From NCBI GenBank assembly GCA_963662545.2, contig CAXXLL010000002.1, positions 224,001-288,000 of the forward strand: a DNA stretch of 64,000 nucleotides. The letters are read 5' to 3'. Origin of the DNA: Gammaproteobacteria bacterium. Lineage in GTDB: Bacteria; Pseudomonadota; Gammaproteobacteria; Ga0077536. Positions 19,946 through 31,087 of this stretch are shown here, in pieces (position 1 is the first letter of the stretch; every line of letters starts with the position of its first letter). A program made the position numbers and the translations under genes. The notes below the pieces were generated by a model that was not told the DNA's origin, searched no databases, and saw only the letters and a list, made by a program, of their open reading frames with translations.

Positions 19946-21832
19946 ATGGCAGGCAGCAAGGATGCGTTCAGGTGCGACCCTTTGACCGATCCCGCCCACC
20001 AGGCGCTCAAAGAAGTTTTCGGCTACGACGCCTTTCGCGCGGGGCAACTCGATGCGATCGAAACCGTACTCGCAGGCCGCGACAGCGTCGTGCTCATGCC
20101 GACCGGCGGCGGCAAATCGATCTGTTATCAGATCCCGCCCCTGATCAACGGCGGCTGCACCGTTGTCGTCTCCCCGCTGATCGCGTTGATGCAGGATCAG
20201 GTCACGAGTCTGGACCAGCTAGGGCTCGCTGCCGCGAGTCTCAACTCCGCGATGAACGGTGCCGCGCAGCGCGACGCCATTGAGCGGCTACGAGCCGGTA
20301 CGCTCAAGCTGATTTACCTCGCGCCGGAACGCTTACTGCAACCAGACACGCTCGAAATGCTCAAGCAGTGTGCCGTCAGCTTGATCGCGATCGACGAGGC
20401 GCATTGCGTGTCGCAGTGGGGACATGATTTCCGTCACGACTATCTCGAACTGCACCAGCTGGGTGAGCATTTTCCCGGCGTGCCGCGCATGGCCCTGACC
20501 GCAACCGCCGACGAACGCACCCGCGCGGATATCGCCGAACGGCTCGCGTTACGGGATCCGCGCTGGTTCATCGGCGGATTCGACCGGCCGAACATCCGCT
20601 ACACGGTGCGTGCCCGCGGTAACGCGCGCCAGCAACTGGAAAAATTCCTGGCGACGCGGCGCGGGCAGGCGGGGATCATCTACTGCATGTCGCGGCGCAA
20701 GGTGGAGGAGACAGCCGTGTGGCTGGCCGGGCAGGGGCATCAGGCCCTGCCTTACCACGCGGGCCTCCCATCAGATGTGCGCAGCGACAATCAACATCGC
20801 TTTCTCAACGAAGACGGCGTGATCATGGTCGCGACGATCGCCTTCGGCATGGGCATCGACAAACCCGACGTTCGCTTCGTCGCCCATCTCGATCTGCCCA
20901 AGACCGTCGAGGCCTACTACCAGGAAACCGGAAGGGCGGGGCGCGACAACGAACCGGCCGACGCCTGGATGATCTACGGTTTGCAGGATGTCGTGCGTCT
21001 GCGCCAGATGCTCGACCAATCCGAGGCGGATGAGGATCACAAACGGATCGAACGTCACAAACTCGATGCCTTGCTCGGCTGGTGTGAAGCGACGGAGTGC
21101 CGGCGCCGCCCGCTCCTGGAATATTTTGGTGACGGGCTGACCGCGCCCTGCGGCAACTGTGACAACTGCCTGGAGCCGCCCGTCACCTGGGATGCGACCG
21201 AGGCGGCGCAGAAGCTCCTGTCGTGCATTTTTCGCACAGGGCAGCGCTTCGGCGCGGCGCATGTGATCGATGTGTTGCGCGGGGCCGATACGGATAAAGT
21301 GCACGCGCACGGCCATGCTTCCCTGAGCACCTACGGTATCGGCAGCGAACAGAGCGTCAATCATTGGCGCTCGGTGCTGCGCCAGCTGATGGTGCAGGGT
21401 GCGGTGTATGCGGATGTGGAGCGTTTCGGTGCGCTGAAACTCGGCGCGGACGCGCGGCCTATCCTGCGCGGCGAAGTCGATCTGCGTCTGCGCGAAGACC
21501 TTGCTGAATCACGCGCGCCGCGGCGAACCAAGTCGAAAGTCGACCTCAGCGACGTCGATCCCGAGCTCTGGGAGCGCTTGCGCGCGTGCCGCAAGCGCGT
21601 GGCGGACGAACAGGGCGTGCCGCCCTTCGTCATTTTCCACGACCGCACCTTGCGCGAATTGATCGTCGTGCGTCCCGCGACGCTCGAAGCGATGCTCGAC
21701 GTGAGCGGGATCGGTCAGGCGAAACTCGAACGCTATGGAAAAATATTTCTGGACGAATTGAACGCGGTGCCGGCAAACGCGCGAAGCGGAACCGATCGCG
21801 AAATTCGGAACGGCAATCCGGCCAAGCGATGA
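19946..21832 (+). CDS. recQ: ATP-dependent DNA helicase RecQ
   Basis: [33 protein letters not shown], Zn motif CGNCDNC, RQC and HRDC regions. The start may be TTG 19982. Confidence 0.97.
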   Translation: MAGSKDAFRCDPLTDPAHQALKEVFGYDAFRAGQLDAIETVLAGRDSVVLMPTGGGKSICYQIPPLINGGCTVVVSPLIALMQDQVTSLDQLGLAAASLNSAMNGAAQRDAIERLRAGTLKLIYLAPERLLQPDTLEMLKQCAVSLIAIDEAHCVSQWGHDFRHDYLELHQLGEHFPGVPRMALTATADERTRADIAERLALRDPRWFIGGFDRPNIRYTVRARGNARQQLEKFLATRRGQAGIIYCMSRRKVEETAVWLAGQGHQALPYHAGLPSDVRSDNQHRFLNEDGVIMVATIAFGMGIDKPDVRFVAHLDLPKTVEAYYQETGRAGRDNEPADAWMIYGLQDVVRLRQMLDQSEADEDHKRIERHKLDALLGWCEATECRRRPLLEYFGDGLTAPCGNCDNCLEPPVTWDATEAAQKLLSCIFRTGQRFGAAHVIDVLRGADTDKVHAHGHASLSTYGIGSEQSVNHWRSVLRQLMVQGAVYADVERFGALKLGADARPILRGEVDLRLREDLAESRAPRRTKSKVDLSDVDPELWERLRACRKRVADEQGVPPFVIFHDRTLRELIVVRPATLEAMLDVSGIGQAKLERYGKIFLDELNAVPANARSGTDREIRNGNPAKR

Positions 21833-21845
21833 CGAAAGCCCTGTT

Positions 21846-22904
21846 GTGAAACTCGAAACACTTTTGCCTCTCGGCAAGCTCGATCCCGGGTTACGGGAGC
21901 CCGGGACGCCGTTCGATATTGCGCGCCTTGCCGAGGACGCGCGCCGGGTGGAAGCGCTCGGTTACGACGCCGTCATGTTCGAGGAAACCAAGCACGATCC
22001 CTATGTGCTCATGGCGTTGGCCGCCCAGGCGACGACTCGTCTCGGCATCGGTAGCGCAGTTGCAATCGCGTTTCCCCGCAGCCCCGCCGTCACCGCGATG
22101 AGCGCCTAGACGCTGCAGAAGCTTTCCCACGGTCGTTTCGTTCTAGGGCTTGGTACGCAAGTCAAGGCCCACATCGAACGCCGCTACGGGGTCAAATGGT
22201 CCGCCCCTGGACCCTGGATGCGGGAATACGTGCAGGCCGTGCACGCTATCTGGCACGCCTGGCAGAATGGTGAACAGCCCGCGTTTCACGGCGAGCATTA
22301 TGAAATCAGCCTGAACGTACCGCTGTTCGATCCGGGACCTATCGCGCACCCGAAGATCCCGGTCCACCTTGCGGCCGTCAACGCTTACATGTGTCGGGTT
22401 GCGGGTGAAATTGCCGATGGGCTGCGCCCGCATCCGGTGTGTACCGCGGATTACATTCGAGACGTGATGCTGCCGGCCGCGCGGACGGGAGCGGCGCGGG
22501 CGGGCCGTACGCTGGACGACTTCGCGATCAGCATCAAGCCCTTGATCGCGACTGCGCCCGACGAGGACTCGCTCGAGATCAGGATCCGCGACGTACGTGC
22601 GCGCATCGCGTTCTACGCCTCGACTCCGGCCTACCGCGCGGCGTTTGCGCTGCATGGTCTCGGCGAGCTTGCCGATGAACTCAAACATTTATCCCGCGCA
22701 CAGCGCTGGGAGGAGATGCCGCCCTTCATTTCCGACGAGGTATTACACCGGTACGCGTGTGTCGGCACCTACGATGCGATTGCCGGCAAGCTCGCGGACC
22801 GTTACGGGGGGCTGGCGACCAACGTCGAATTCAGTATTCCGGTCGCGACCGATGAAGATGAAGAAATACTCCGAGGGATCCTGAAGGACTTGAAACGGGT
22901 GTGA
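21846..22904 (+). pseudogene. LLM-class (F420-dependent-like) oxidoreductase with an in-frame TAG
   Basis: ETKHDP, AIAFPRSP, then TAG at 22107-22109, then in frame TLQKLSHGRFVLGLGTQVKAHIERRYG and FYASTPAY. Confidence 0.85.
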
Positions 22905-23077
22905 ACGGCTGATCTAACGTGTAAAAACTCAAACTCGATTTGACAGATTAAAAGCGGAGTTCAAACTTGCTCGGTCAGTTCCGACACGTGAATTGATGTC
23001 CGCTAATGAAGGCATTCCGGCCAAACTTCGAGGTGACGATTTCCGTCGCAACCGGCCAATAGCGGACAGGAGGGTGG

Positions 23078-23740
23078 CTAGTCGGCCGCGAAGCAATACA
23101 GGAAGCCTTCTCCGCCGGTGTTCACCAGGTTCTGCTGACTGCAGCCGCGCGATGGATGAGTGGAGTTCCACGAGGTGTTGCCGCCCCCGTGCCGATCGTG
23201 GTGGCCTACCTGCGCGCTACCTTTGCCGTCTTCCGAACTCGTCCAGTTACTGCAGGTATGGTCGCCTTTCTCCCACGGAAAGTAGGCCGTGCCGTCGTCC
23301 TTGGAACCTGTCAGGATGTCGTGTTTGTTTGGCTTGTCACCGCGCCCGTTGACCAAATTGCCGTTTTCATCCAGCGCTGTGCGTTTGACGATGTTGGGGC
23401 CCAGGTGCAGTTGGTCGAGGTCGCTGGCGATCAATTCGCCGCGCGCGTTATACCAGGGGCCTTTGCCGATCCGGTCGCGCGCGGATTTAGCGTATGCTTT
23501 GCCGTCGGGTGATTGTGTGCTCAGGTAGGCGCGCCACTCCCGTGCTTTGGAACCGGCGGCTTCGGCCAACTTGGCGCAGTGTGCATCGGCCCCTTTGAGC
23601 CCGCCGAGGTCAGCGCCTTTACCGATACTAACGCTGGTCACGAAAAAGCCCATCGAGTGATCGGCTGCGGTCGTAGTACCCGTCACCATCAGTAGTCCGG
23701 CGACAATCACTATTGTTGTGGCGGTTTCTGCGATTTTCAT
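23078..23740 (-). CDS. Secreted lectin-like (endostatin-fold-like) protein
   Basis: Signal peptide; FFVTS, GADLGGLKGADAHC, WRAYLS, ARDRIGKGPW, GFLYCFA. Confidence 0.8.
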   Translation of the reverse strand: MKIAETATTIVIVAGLLMVTGTTTAADHSMGFFVTSVSIGKGADLGGLKGADAHCAKLAEAAGSKAREWRAYLSTQSPDGKAYAKSARDRIGKGPWYNARGELIASDLDQLHLGPNIVKRTALDENGNLVNGRGDKPNKHDILTGSKDDGTAYFPWEKGDHTCSNWTSSEDGKGSAQVGHHDRHGGGNTSWNSTHPSRGCSQQNLVNTGGEGFLYCFAAD

Positions 23741-24023
23741 TTTGGTTTCCTCCTGAAATACGGCGCTTATTGGACACTGCAGTTTAGCGTCAACGGGGAC
23801 AGATTTGTTTGAGTGAACTACGTGACTAAACAATTCCGCCACCTTGAGCCCGAAACTTCCGCTTCGGGTCGTGAGCTGCCGGATCGCGGCAGTGCAGCAC
23901 GGCTCTAGATTGCGTCTGCATTGCGCTCAAGAGCGGTCGTCCAACAGCGTTCGGCAACGTGACCATAACGAGCGGCGGCTAGCGGCCAGGAGCAACGGTC
24001 GTCCGGCACATCGCAACATTGTC

Positions 24024-25317
24024 TTAATCCGGAATGATCGCCATCAAGTCGATCGCGACCTTACAATCCGGGACCAACATCGGTTTCGGCACGCGCACCG
24101 TCGTGCTCGCCGGTGGGTCGCTCGGGAATTCCTCGGCCCAGGTGACGAACGACGTGAAGAACTCCGTAAAATCGTTATACAGACCGCGCCGGCGCACCCC
24201 GTGTGGTGCCTGCAGCCTTGCAGATCGCATCGATGTTTTTCACGATATACAGCACCTGCTTCTCCGCCGCGGAGCTGAAGGAGGGAAAGTTCGGATCGAC
24301 GCGCGCCTCAGCTGGCAAGCCGGTTTTATAATCGGTCGCCATTTGCTGCGAGAAAAAGAGAAACGGGCCGGCTAGCACGGCCTGGGGCTCATGCACCGAC
24401 GGCGTCGGTGCTTTATCGGTGTGAATCGTTCGCTTGGCCGGACCGTCTTCTGGTACATAGGCGACCAGGTCGACGGCGATGTCGATCCCCGGGACGCCCA
24501 GGCTGTTCACCGGGATGGTGCATCGCGCGGGTGGATCAGTCGGGAAGTGCTTTTTCCACACCTGCTCGAAGCGGTAGAAATCATTCGGGTTGGTTAAATA
24601 CACGTTGGCCTTGACGACGTCCGCCATCGAGGCCCCGCCCTCTTCGAGAATGATCTTGAGCTTGTCGATGATGTACTCGGTCTGCAGCCGGGCACTCTCG
24701 CCGTAATAGATGAAATTCGGATCGAGCCAGGCTTCGGGGGCCACGCCCTGGTCGAAATCGGTCGCCGTTATGCCGGCGGTAAAAATATAGGGACCGGCCT
24801 TGGTCCCGTAGTTGAACAGGGGCCGGTCATCGAGCCCGGTGGGTACCGGACGCGGGAGTGACGACGGGTTGAGGACCTCGATCTTCTCCCCTTTTTCGGG
24901 CACGAACCCGATCGCGTCCACTTCGAGCGTGCAGCCGGGTACGGGCAACTCTTCGACACACACAGTTGTATGCGGCGCCACGCCCGCTTGACCGAATGCT
25001 TGCTGCATCACCTTCGACGCATCGTGCACCTCGCCGACATCCGTTTGATACAGGATCATTTGCAGGCAATTCTCCAGCGATGAGCCGCCCGCCTCCAAGG
25101 TGGTTTTCAGATTCTTTGCAATGAAGTCGGTTTGTCGTTCGATGTTCGATCCGTGATGCGGAAACCGGTCGTTAGTTTTTGCCGCGGGCGGAATACCTTT
25201 CTCGAAGTCGGAGGCGACCTGCCCGGAGATGAGAACCAGGGGACCGGCTTTGACTAAAGGTGAATATTGGACGCGCGGTCGTGGCAGAGTATCGGGGAAA
25301 ATTGCTTCTTTTTTCAT
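24024..25317 (-). pseudogene. Triple-domain RidA/YjgF-family protein (frameshift near 24198)
   Basis: Three units each with AGP(L/Y/F)...ATD(F/Y)-like and PP(A)...VP...(E/A)VD motifs. The third domain ends in ORF 24024-24230. Confidence 0.8.
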
Positions 25318-25410
25318 GTGTTCTTACTCCCAAGGGCAGCCACATCGTTTGCGTTTTTACACTGGACAGTCAATAGGCCGATGAATGCGCGATCGCGATA
25401 CACGAAATTT

Positions 25411-26529
25411 TCACTTGGAAATCGCGGGTTCAGTCAGCGCCGCGTTCACCGCGGGCATGACCTCCGTCGCCATCAATTCCATCGAGCGCTGCGCCAGGTC
25501 GGGATCCATCCAGTCGTGCCCCGCATAGACCAGCGTGCCGAAATCGCCGACTGTTTCGCGAAAGGCCAGGAGCTGGTCGACGACGCTGCCGGCGGTACCG
25601 GCGATGACCAGCGAGTCCATCACGTATTCATGGGTGACCGCTTCGTCCGGCATGTCGGGATCCTTTTTAAAGAGCTCGGGCCGACCGTTGCCAATGAGTT
25701 TGCGCATGAGGTTTTTGTAATAAAACCCGTAGGGTCCGTCCGCGCTCTTGCCGTAAGCCCGGGCCGTTTTTTCGTCGTCCGCCACGAAGATGCTTTTCGC
25801 GACGCGCCAATTGCTCGCCCGTGGCCGACGACCGCCCAGCGCACAGCCTTCGACGTACTTCGGCCAATGCGTGGCGACCCATTGTGGCTGTAGAAAATTC
25901 GCGGAAATGATGCTCCAGCCGCGTTCGCCGGCCCGCGTTACGCTGCTGGAATAAGGTGACATCGAGGTCACGACAATAGGTGGGTGCGGCTTTTGATAGG
26001 GTTTGAGCATGATGCCCTGTCCGATCTCACGGTCGAGCGTGCGCGCGGTGGTGATCTCCCAAAACTGGCCCTTGATGTCGTAAGGTGCGTCACTGCGCCA
26101 GATCTCGAGAACCTGGTCGATGGCCTCGACGAACATCGCCGTTCGGTCGGCCTCGAGGTTCCCGAACACCTCGGCATCGGAGCGCAAACCGCCGGGGCTG
26201 ATGCCGAACAGGAAGCGGCCTTCCAACATCGTGTCGAGCATGGCGACCTGAGCCGCCACCTGTGCCGGGTGGTTGTTCGGCATGTTGACCGTGCCGCTGC
26301 CGAGTTTTATTTTTTTTGTCTCGTGCGCGAGACTGGCGCAGAACATCAATGACGACGTGACCGTTTCGGCAATGTCGGTGACGTGTTCACCGATAAAGGC
26401 CTCTGCATAACCCAAATCGTCGGCCAGCAGGATGGCTTCGCGATCTTCAGTGAGCGTTTCGACATAGTTCCGCCCGGGTGGATGAAGCGGCATCATGAAG
26501 ATACTGAGTTGGACGGCCGTCTTTGGCAT
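25411..26529 (-). CDS. LLM-class flavin-dependent oxidoreductase
   Basis: FMMPLHPPG, EAFIGEH, GISPGGLRSDAE, KPYQKPHPPI. Start placed at ATG 26529. Confidence 0.9.
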   Translation of the reverse strand: MPKTAVQLSIFMMPLHPPGRNYVETLTEDREAILLADDLGYAEAFIGEHVTDIAETVTSSLMFCASLAHETKKIKLGSGTVNMPNNHPAQVAAQVAMLDTMLEGRFLFGISPGGLRSDAEVFGNLEADRTAMFVEAIDQVLEIWRSDAPYDIKGQFWEITTARTLDREIGQGIMLKPYQKPHPPIVVTSMSPYSSSVTRAGERGWSIISANFLQPQWVATHWPKYVEGCALGGRRPRASNWRVAKSIFVADDEKTARAYGKSADGPYGFYYKNLMRKLIGNGRPELFKKDPDMPDEAVTHEYVMDSLVIAGTAGSVVDQLLAFRETVGDFGTLVYAGHDWMDPDLAQRSMELMATEVMPAVNAALTEPAISK

Positions 26530-26587
26530 CGATAGCAGTTCCGTTAGCACGCAGCTGCGCCGGAGGCGAACGATTCTAGGGGAGGTC

Positions 26588-27331
26588 TTGATCCGCGACA
26601 AGCAATGGTGGCGCGTAGATAAACGCGCGTACGACGTCTTCGACAACCTGGGTCTTTCCGTGTTAGAGGGCGCGCCCGCGCTTGCGACCTGCCCGGACAA
26701 CGCGTGTTCCCTGTGGGGGGAGCACTATGTGAATCACTCCTCCTGGGGTGTGGCGTTTCACGATCGGTTTCTGAACGGCCCGGCGCTGCGCTCGAACCTG
26801 CTGTACACGCACCTCGTTTTTCATTCAATCGTCTTCGTGCTGCTGCATATACAGCTCATGCGGCCCGGTTCGGCGAACGACCGGGGCTGGCACAGCCTGC
26901 TCGGCCGTATCTCGTTCGTTTGTCTCACCATTGCGACTGCCTGCGCCGTGTGGTTGGCTTCCGAGCACGGGCCGGTCACTGCCTACGGCGGCGAATTGTC
27001 GAAATACGGGTTCTGGTTTATGTCGCTTTGCGTTTACTCGTGCGCCGTGATGGGCGTCGTGGCGATACGCAATGGCAATGCAGTTGTTCACCGCATCTGG
27101 ATGATTCGCTTCGCCGGATCGATGTGGGGCTCGTTTTGGATATTCCGATTTATGCTGTTGGTGACAGGTCCGCTGCTGCGCAATTGGGAGTCGGCTTCTT
27201 TGTTGATCAGCATCTGGTTCTCGGCGCCACTCGGTATTTTGATCGCTGAGGCATTACGCAAGAAGTGGGACCGGCGTGCTGATGGCGCCGAGGCGCCAGC
27301 TATGTCGAGCGCCGTTGGCCTGGAAGGCTGA
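26588..27331 (+). CDS. Membrane protein, DUF2306-like
   Basis: About 5 hydrophobic segments; HSLLGRI and HRIWMIR motifs. Start uncertain. Confidence 0.65.
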   Translation: MIRDKQWWRVDKRAYDVFDNLGLSVLEGAPALATCPDNACSLWGEHYVNHSSWGVAFHDRFLNGPALRSNLLYTHLVFHSIVFVLLHIQLMRPGSANDRGWHSLLGRISFVCLTIATACAVWLASEHGPVTAYGGELSKYGFWFMSLCVYSCAVMGVVAIRNGNAVVHRIWMIRFAGSMWGSFWIFRFMLLVTGPLLRNWESASLLISIWFSAPLGILIAEALRKKWDRRADGAEAPAMSSAVGLEG

Positions 27332-27634
27332 ATGAGGGGGCAAATATACGCGGAAGCAGCGCACTCCAGCCTCAAAGAATTCCTCCCGCTGAGCAGAGGG
27401 GAGTCGAGCTGCTGCCGATCGCCGCAACGGGTCGACTCCGGACTCCTGCAGTGCAGCATGGCGTGGCTGCTCACCGCGGTATAGCGGACCCTCATCTCGT
27501 AAAGCCTGATAGCACAGTGCTGTGTATATGCGACGGCACTCGCCAGGGCAGGTCGTATCCAGGATGCCAATCTGTAAGAACGAGTCCAGGTTTTTACATC
27601 TAACGTGGTTTTACCGCCGGCATCCGTCGCGGGC

Positions 27635-28099
27635 TCAGGACGGCTCCGTGTCGCGAATAACGGAGCCACCGACCCCGTAAGTGCGCCCACGAAAATGACA
27701 GACCGCCTCGCCTTCTCCGTTGACGATGCTGACGTTGTACATACCCATTCGTTTCGTGCGATTGCCCTCGATCGCCTCGGCGGTCAAGGTTTCGCCGACT
27801 TTTGCCGGACGTAAATAATCGATGTTCGCGTGCAATGCGAGGTGCTGTTGATTGTGTGAATTACTGGCGAAGGCCATCGCCGAATCGGCCAGGGAGAAGA
27901 GCAGCCCGCCGTGACACATGGTATGGCCCTGGATCATCCAGGCTTCGACCGTCATCGACATGCGCGCGTATCCCGGCCGGATTTCGTCGAGCGTGATCCC
28001 CAGTTCGCGCGACGCGCGGTCGCGTGCGTACATGGAATCGCCGGCGGCCTGCGCCAGTGCACCCGGGTCTAGATCGTCTGCATCGATTGATTCACTCAT
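27635..28099 (-). CDS. paaI: PaaI-family acyl-CoA thioesterase
   Basis: DRASRELGI, CHGGLLFSLADSAMAFASNS, FRGR. Confidence 0.85.
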   Translation of the reverse strand: MSESIDADDLDPGALAQAAGDSMYARDRASRELGITLDEIRPGYARMSMTVEAWMIQGHTMCHGGLLFSLADSAMAFASNSHNQQHLALHANIDYLRPAKVGETLTAEAIEGNRTKRMGMYNVSIVNGEGEAVCHFRGRTYGVGGSVIRDTEPS

Positions 28100-28109
28100 C
28101 GAGTAAGGT

Positions 28110-28829
28110 TCAGTCCCGTCCGGCCTCCAGGATCTTGCGTGCCAGGAGCGCCGGATCGGTAAAGCACAGTTCGTGACTGCCGGGCGTCTGTACCAGCCGG
28201 AAGAGCCCGAGCTTTTGTGACAGCCGCGGATGCCAGGGCTCGTGATGCGGCAGCGCCGTATCCTCGGTGCAGTTAAGGTAGGATTTCGGGATCGTGAATT
28301 CCGATGGATTGCTGGACAGCTTGATCGGATCGGAAAACGTTTTGCGCGGGTGCGGGTTCAACTGGTCGTAGGCGCTCTGCGCGAGCTCGCAAGATGCATC
28401 GTTGATGAAGGCCTCCCGCCAGATGGGAAACGGCAGCGAGAATGAGCCGTCGTCCTGAACCAGTTCGTTGAAGAGGTCGATGTAAATGGGCGGGATCATG
28501 TCGTCCAGTGCTTCGCCGTCGTTGGGTACGAAAGCATTCCAGTAGACAAGGCGGCGGATCTTATCGGCGATGCGGTCGGCCGCGCCCGTGATGACCATGC
28601 CGCCGTAGCTGTGGCCGGCGAGGATGATGTCGTCCAGTTTGCGCTCCGCGATGAATGCGACCAGCGAATCGATCGCCTCGGCCAGGCCAACCTGCTTGGA
28701 ATCGCCCGGCCGGTTGCCGGCCAAGGTGGGCAGGTGCACCTCGTGACCGGCTTCGCGCATCGGCGCCGCGGTGGCTTCGAGCAATTCCCCGGTATGCCAG
28801 GCGCCGTGCACGAACACATAGCAACTCAT
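28110..28829 (-). CDS. Alpha/beta hydrolase (esterase-like)
   Basis: FVHGAWH, GHSYGG, C-terminal GSHE. Confidence 0.9.
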   Translation of the reverse strand: MSCYVFVHGAWHTGELLEATAAPMREAGHEVHLPTLAGNRPGDSKQVGLAEAIDSLVAFIAERKLDDIILAGHSYGGMVITGAADRIADKIRRLVYWNAFVPNDGEALDDMIPPIYIDLFNELVQDDGSFSLPFPIWREAFINDASCELAQSAYDQLNPHPRKTFSDPIKLSSNPSEFTIPKSYLNCTEDTALPHHEPWHPRLSQKLGLFRLVQTPGSHELCFTDPALLARKILEAGRD

Positions 28830-29155
28830 TTGGTTTCTATTAGAATCTCGCGGTAGCGCGTGGGTCCGGCGTTGCGCGCACTGTGGGTTGCTGGCACGCG
28901 GTGTCCCTTGTCATCCACCGATATCAACTCGTCACCGTCACACCGGAGCGCGAATACGGCGCCCGTCTGGGCATCGAACGGGCTGAGTGCCTGATCATCC
29001 GCGTCGAAGACCTCGAGCGGGGCACCGTCGAGCACGTAGAAGACATAGTCGTGTTTGTGGGTGTGAACCGGCGTCGTCTCGCCGGGTTCCAGCGTGAATT
29101 CCCAGACGATGATCTTGTCGTTTTCGAATACCTTGGTCGTGCCTACGTCGCTCAT
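28826..29155 (-). CDS. Cupin-domain protein
   Basis: FENDKIIVWEFTLEPGE, HTHKHDY, HSARN. Confidence 0.85.
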   Translation of the reverse strand: MSDVGTTKVFENDKIIVWEFTLEPGETTPVHTHKHDYVFYVLDGAPLEVFDADDQALSPFDAQTGAVFALRCDGDELISVDDKGHRVPATHSARNAGPTRYREILIETK

Positions 29156-29261
29156 AGCTCTTCTCCTCGTCGTTGGTGATTGATAGTAGGTTTAAGAGTA
29201 ACCAAACTTGCCGGTACCCGCCATGAATGTTCCCAATGAACGGCGGTGTCGTATATCACTA

Positions 29262-30728
29262 TCAAGGCCCGCCGATGCACTCCTGACCTTGGCCCGAGTG
29301 CCGTTTCGAGATTTCTATCGGCGCCGCCATGATTGCCCGGCGAATGTCGGCGAGCTTTGCATCGTCTCGCATATGAATACGTCCGGAGTTCATACGTATA
29401 CCCAGGTCCTGCAAGCTTGCGGCATAGTCGGGAAACCGACGGCTCGTGCGGTGCCGGTCGTAGAGGCGTTCGAAAAGCGGGAACGGGCTCAGTTCGTCCA
29501 GTTTCCGAAAGAAAGTCCGGCCGTCCCAGCGGCGCTTTGACGGCAGGCAGCATGCCTGTAGACGATCGAGCACCGCATCGAGAGATTCTTCGTTGCCAGA
29601 TTTCGCGCGCAGTTCGACATCGGCGAGCAGGAACACGGCGGCACCGCCCCAGTAAGTCTTCATGATGCCGTCCCAACTGCCGACGGGCATGGCGTCCTCG
29701 AGGCTCAGATGCGGGACCGATTTTTCTCCGCGCTGAAATCCTTCGACGATCTTGCGCCAGGCTTTTTCTTGCGAGTAGGCGCCCGCGCGCGCCATGAGCA
29801 GGTTCTGGTAGTAACTCGCGAGTCCCTCGGAAATCCATTTCTCGTCGCTGGTAATGTAGGGGATCAGCAAATGGCTGAACTCGTGGGTCGCGGTCCAGTC
29901 GGCAATGAATTCGTCGTGTGGCCGCCGTTGATTGACGAAGAACTGCACGGCTTCGCCGCCATCGCGTATGACGTGTCCGAAAGGACAGGCTTCGCGCGCA
30001 TCGTCGCTGCTTTTCGCGACGGGAACGACGATGACCTGGGCGGTCGGATTCGGAAAACGTCCATAAGCCAGGGCTACGTTGCTCGCTGCCGACTGGATCC
30101 AGTTCATCAACTCGTCGGGCGCGCCGCCATAGCGACCGCGTAACACGGCCGTGCGCAGTCTCGCCCCCGGTACCTCTATGCCACAGTTATCGAAACGGCC
30201 AAAGACGGTCACTGCGTCGTCGCTTTGTGGAGACAAGGGGATCGAGTAGAGCGGACGTGCCGGATCACTGCCGTCGACCAAGGTCCAGGGCACGGATACT
30301 TTAAGGCCGCCGGCGAGTTCGAAACGCACTTCGGTTGCGAATCCGCCCTGACCGGCCGGACGCCACAACCACACTGCGGACGTGGTCGCGACATTGTTGT
30401 CGTCAAGTTGGGCATACCGCTCAATGAGCTGCGCGGCGGCGCGGAGGTCGACACGGTACTCGACGCATCCCTTCGCATCTGCAAGTGATAGCTGGCCACT
30501 CTCTAGCGGGATGCGGTGACCCGAGTCGATCGAATGCGCCTCGAGGAGGTAGCGTTCCGCGTCCGCGGAGCGCGCAGCGAGCGCGTGTGGGGAGCCGGCC
30601 GCGCAAACCTTTACCGTCAGGCCCTCGAGCGCGTCGTCGACTTTCACCGTATAGCGGTGTACCTCCGCCGCGGGGATTGCCGGCACGCCGATGACCGCCA
30701 GGACCAGCACTAAGAGTCGTGTCTTCAA
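29262..30728 (-). CDS. Secreted zinc metallopeptidase (gluzincin, M61-like)
   Basis: Signal peptide after TTG 30728; HEFSH followed by WISEGLASYY; YWGGA. Confidence 0.75.
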   Translation of the reverse strand: MKTRLLVLVLAVIGVPAIPAAEVHRYTVKVDDALEGLTVKVCAAGSPHALAARSADAERYLLEAHSIDSGHRIPLESGQLSLADAKGCVEYRVDLRAAAQLIERYAQLDDNNVATTSAVWLWRPAGQGGFATEVRFELAGGLKVSVPWTLVDGSDPARPLYSIPLSPQSDDAVTVFGRFDNCGIEVPGARLRTAVLRGRYGGAPDELMNWIQSAASNVALAYGRFPNPTAQVIVVPVAKSSDDAREACPFGHVIRDGGEAVQFFVNQRRPHDEFIADWTATHEFSHLLIPYITSDEKWISEGLASYYQNLLMARAGAYSQEKAWRKIVEGFQRGEKSVPHLSLEDAMPVGSWDGIMKTYWGGAAVFLLADVELRAKSGNEESLDAVLDRLQACCLPSKRRWDGRTFFRKLDELSPFPLFERLYDRHRTSRRFPDYAASLQDLGIRMNSGRIHMRDDAKLADIRRAIMAAPIEISKRHSGQGQECIGGP

Positions 30729-31087
30729 AGTTCGCCCTGCGGACGCCACGCGAGGTCCTGTCCGCGCTCGATGCCGCGATCCGCGACCGCGCCGGCGGCG
30801 AGCTCGAGCGTCATGGCGGCACCGAACGCCATCGAAAAGCGCCACGGCACGAGCTTGCTGACGACCTTGATCACCCGCAGTTCGCGGCTCAGATAGACCA
30901 GGTCGATGGGGTAGCGCATCATGAAGGTATGCACGCCACTACAGGGGTCCAGCAACAGGCCTTCACCCACGCCCAAGGGTGAGCGCCCGAGCAGACCGCG
31001 CAGCCGCTCCCACGGCGTGGTGGTGCGGTAGACGGTCGCCACCAAGGGTTCTGCCGTGTCGGCATGGACGAGGCTTCCTATGTCCAA
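30725..31087 (-). CDS. DUF192-domain protein
   Basis: ERLRGLLGR, VHTFMMRYPIDLVYL, TLELAAG. Start uncertain (TTG 31087 has an upstream GGAG). Confidence 0.85.
   Translation of the reverse strand: MDIGSLVHADTAEPLVATVYRTTTPWERLRGLLGRSPLGVGEGLLLDPCSGVHTFMMRYPIDLVYLSRELRVIKVVSKLVPWRFSMAFGAAMTLELAAGAVADRGIERGQDLAWRPQGEL

Noticed and set aside
27332-27634. Possible ncRNA or gene relic with a GGAGTCGA...TCGACTCC stem
   Set aside because: One short stem between convergent genes, with no recognisable RNA family or protein similarity.
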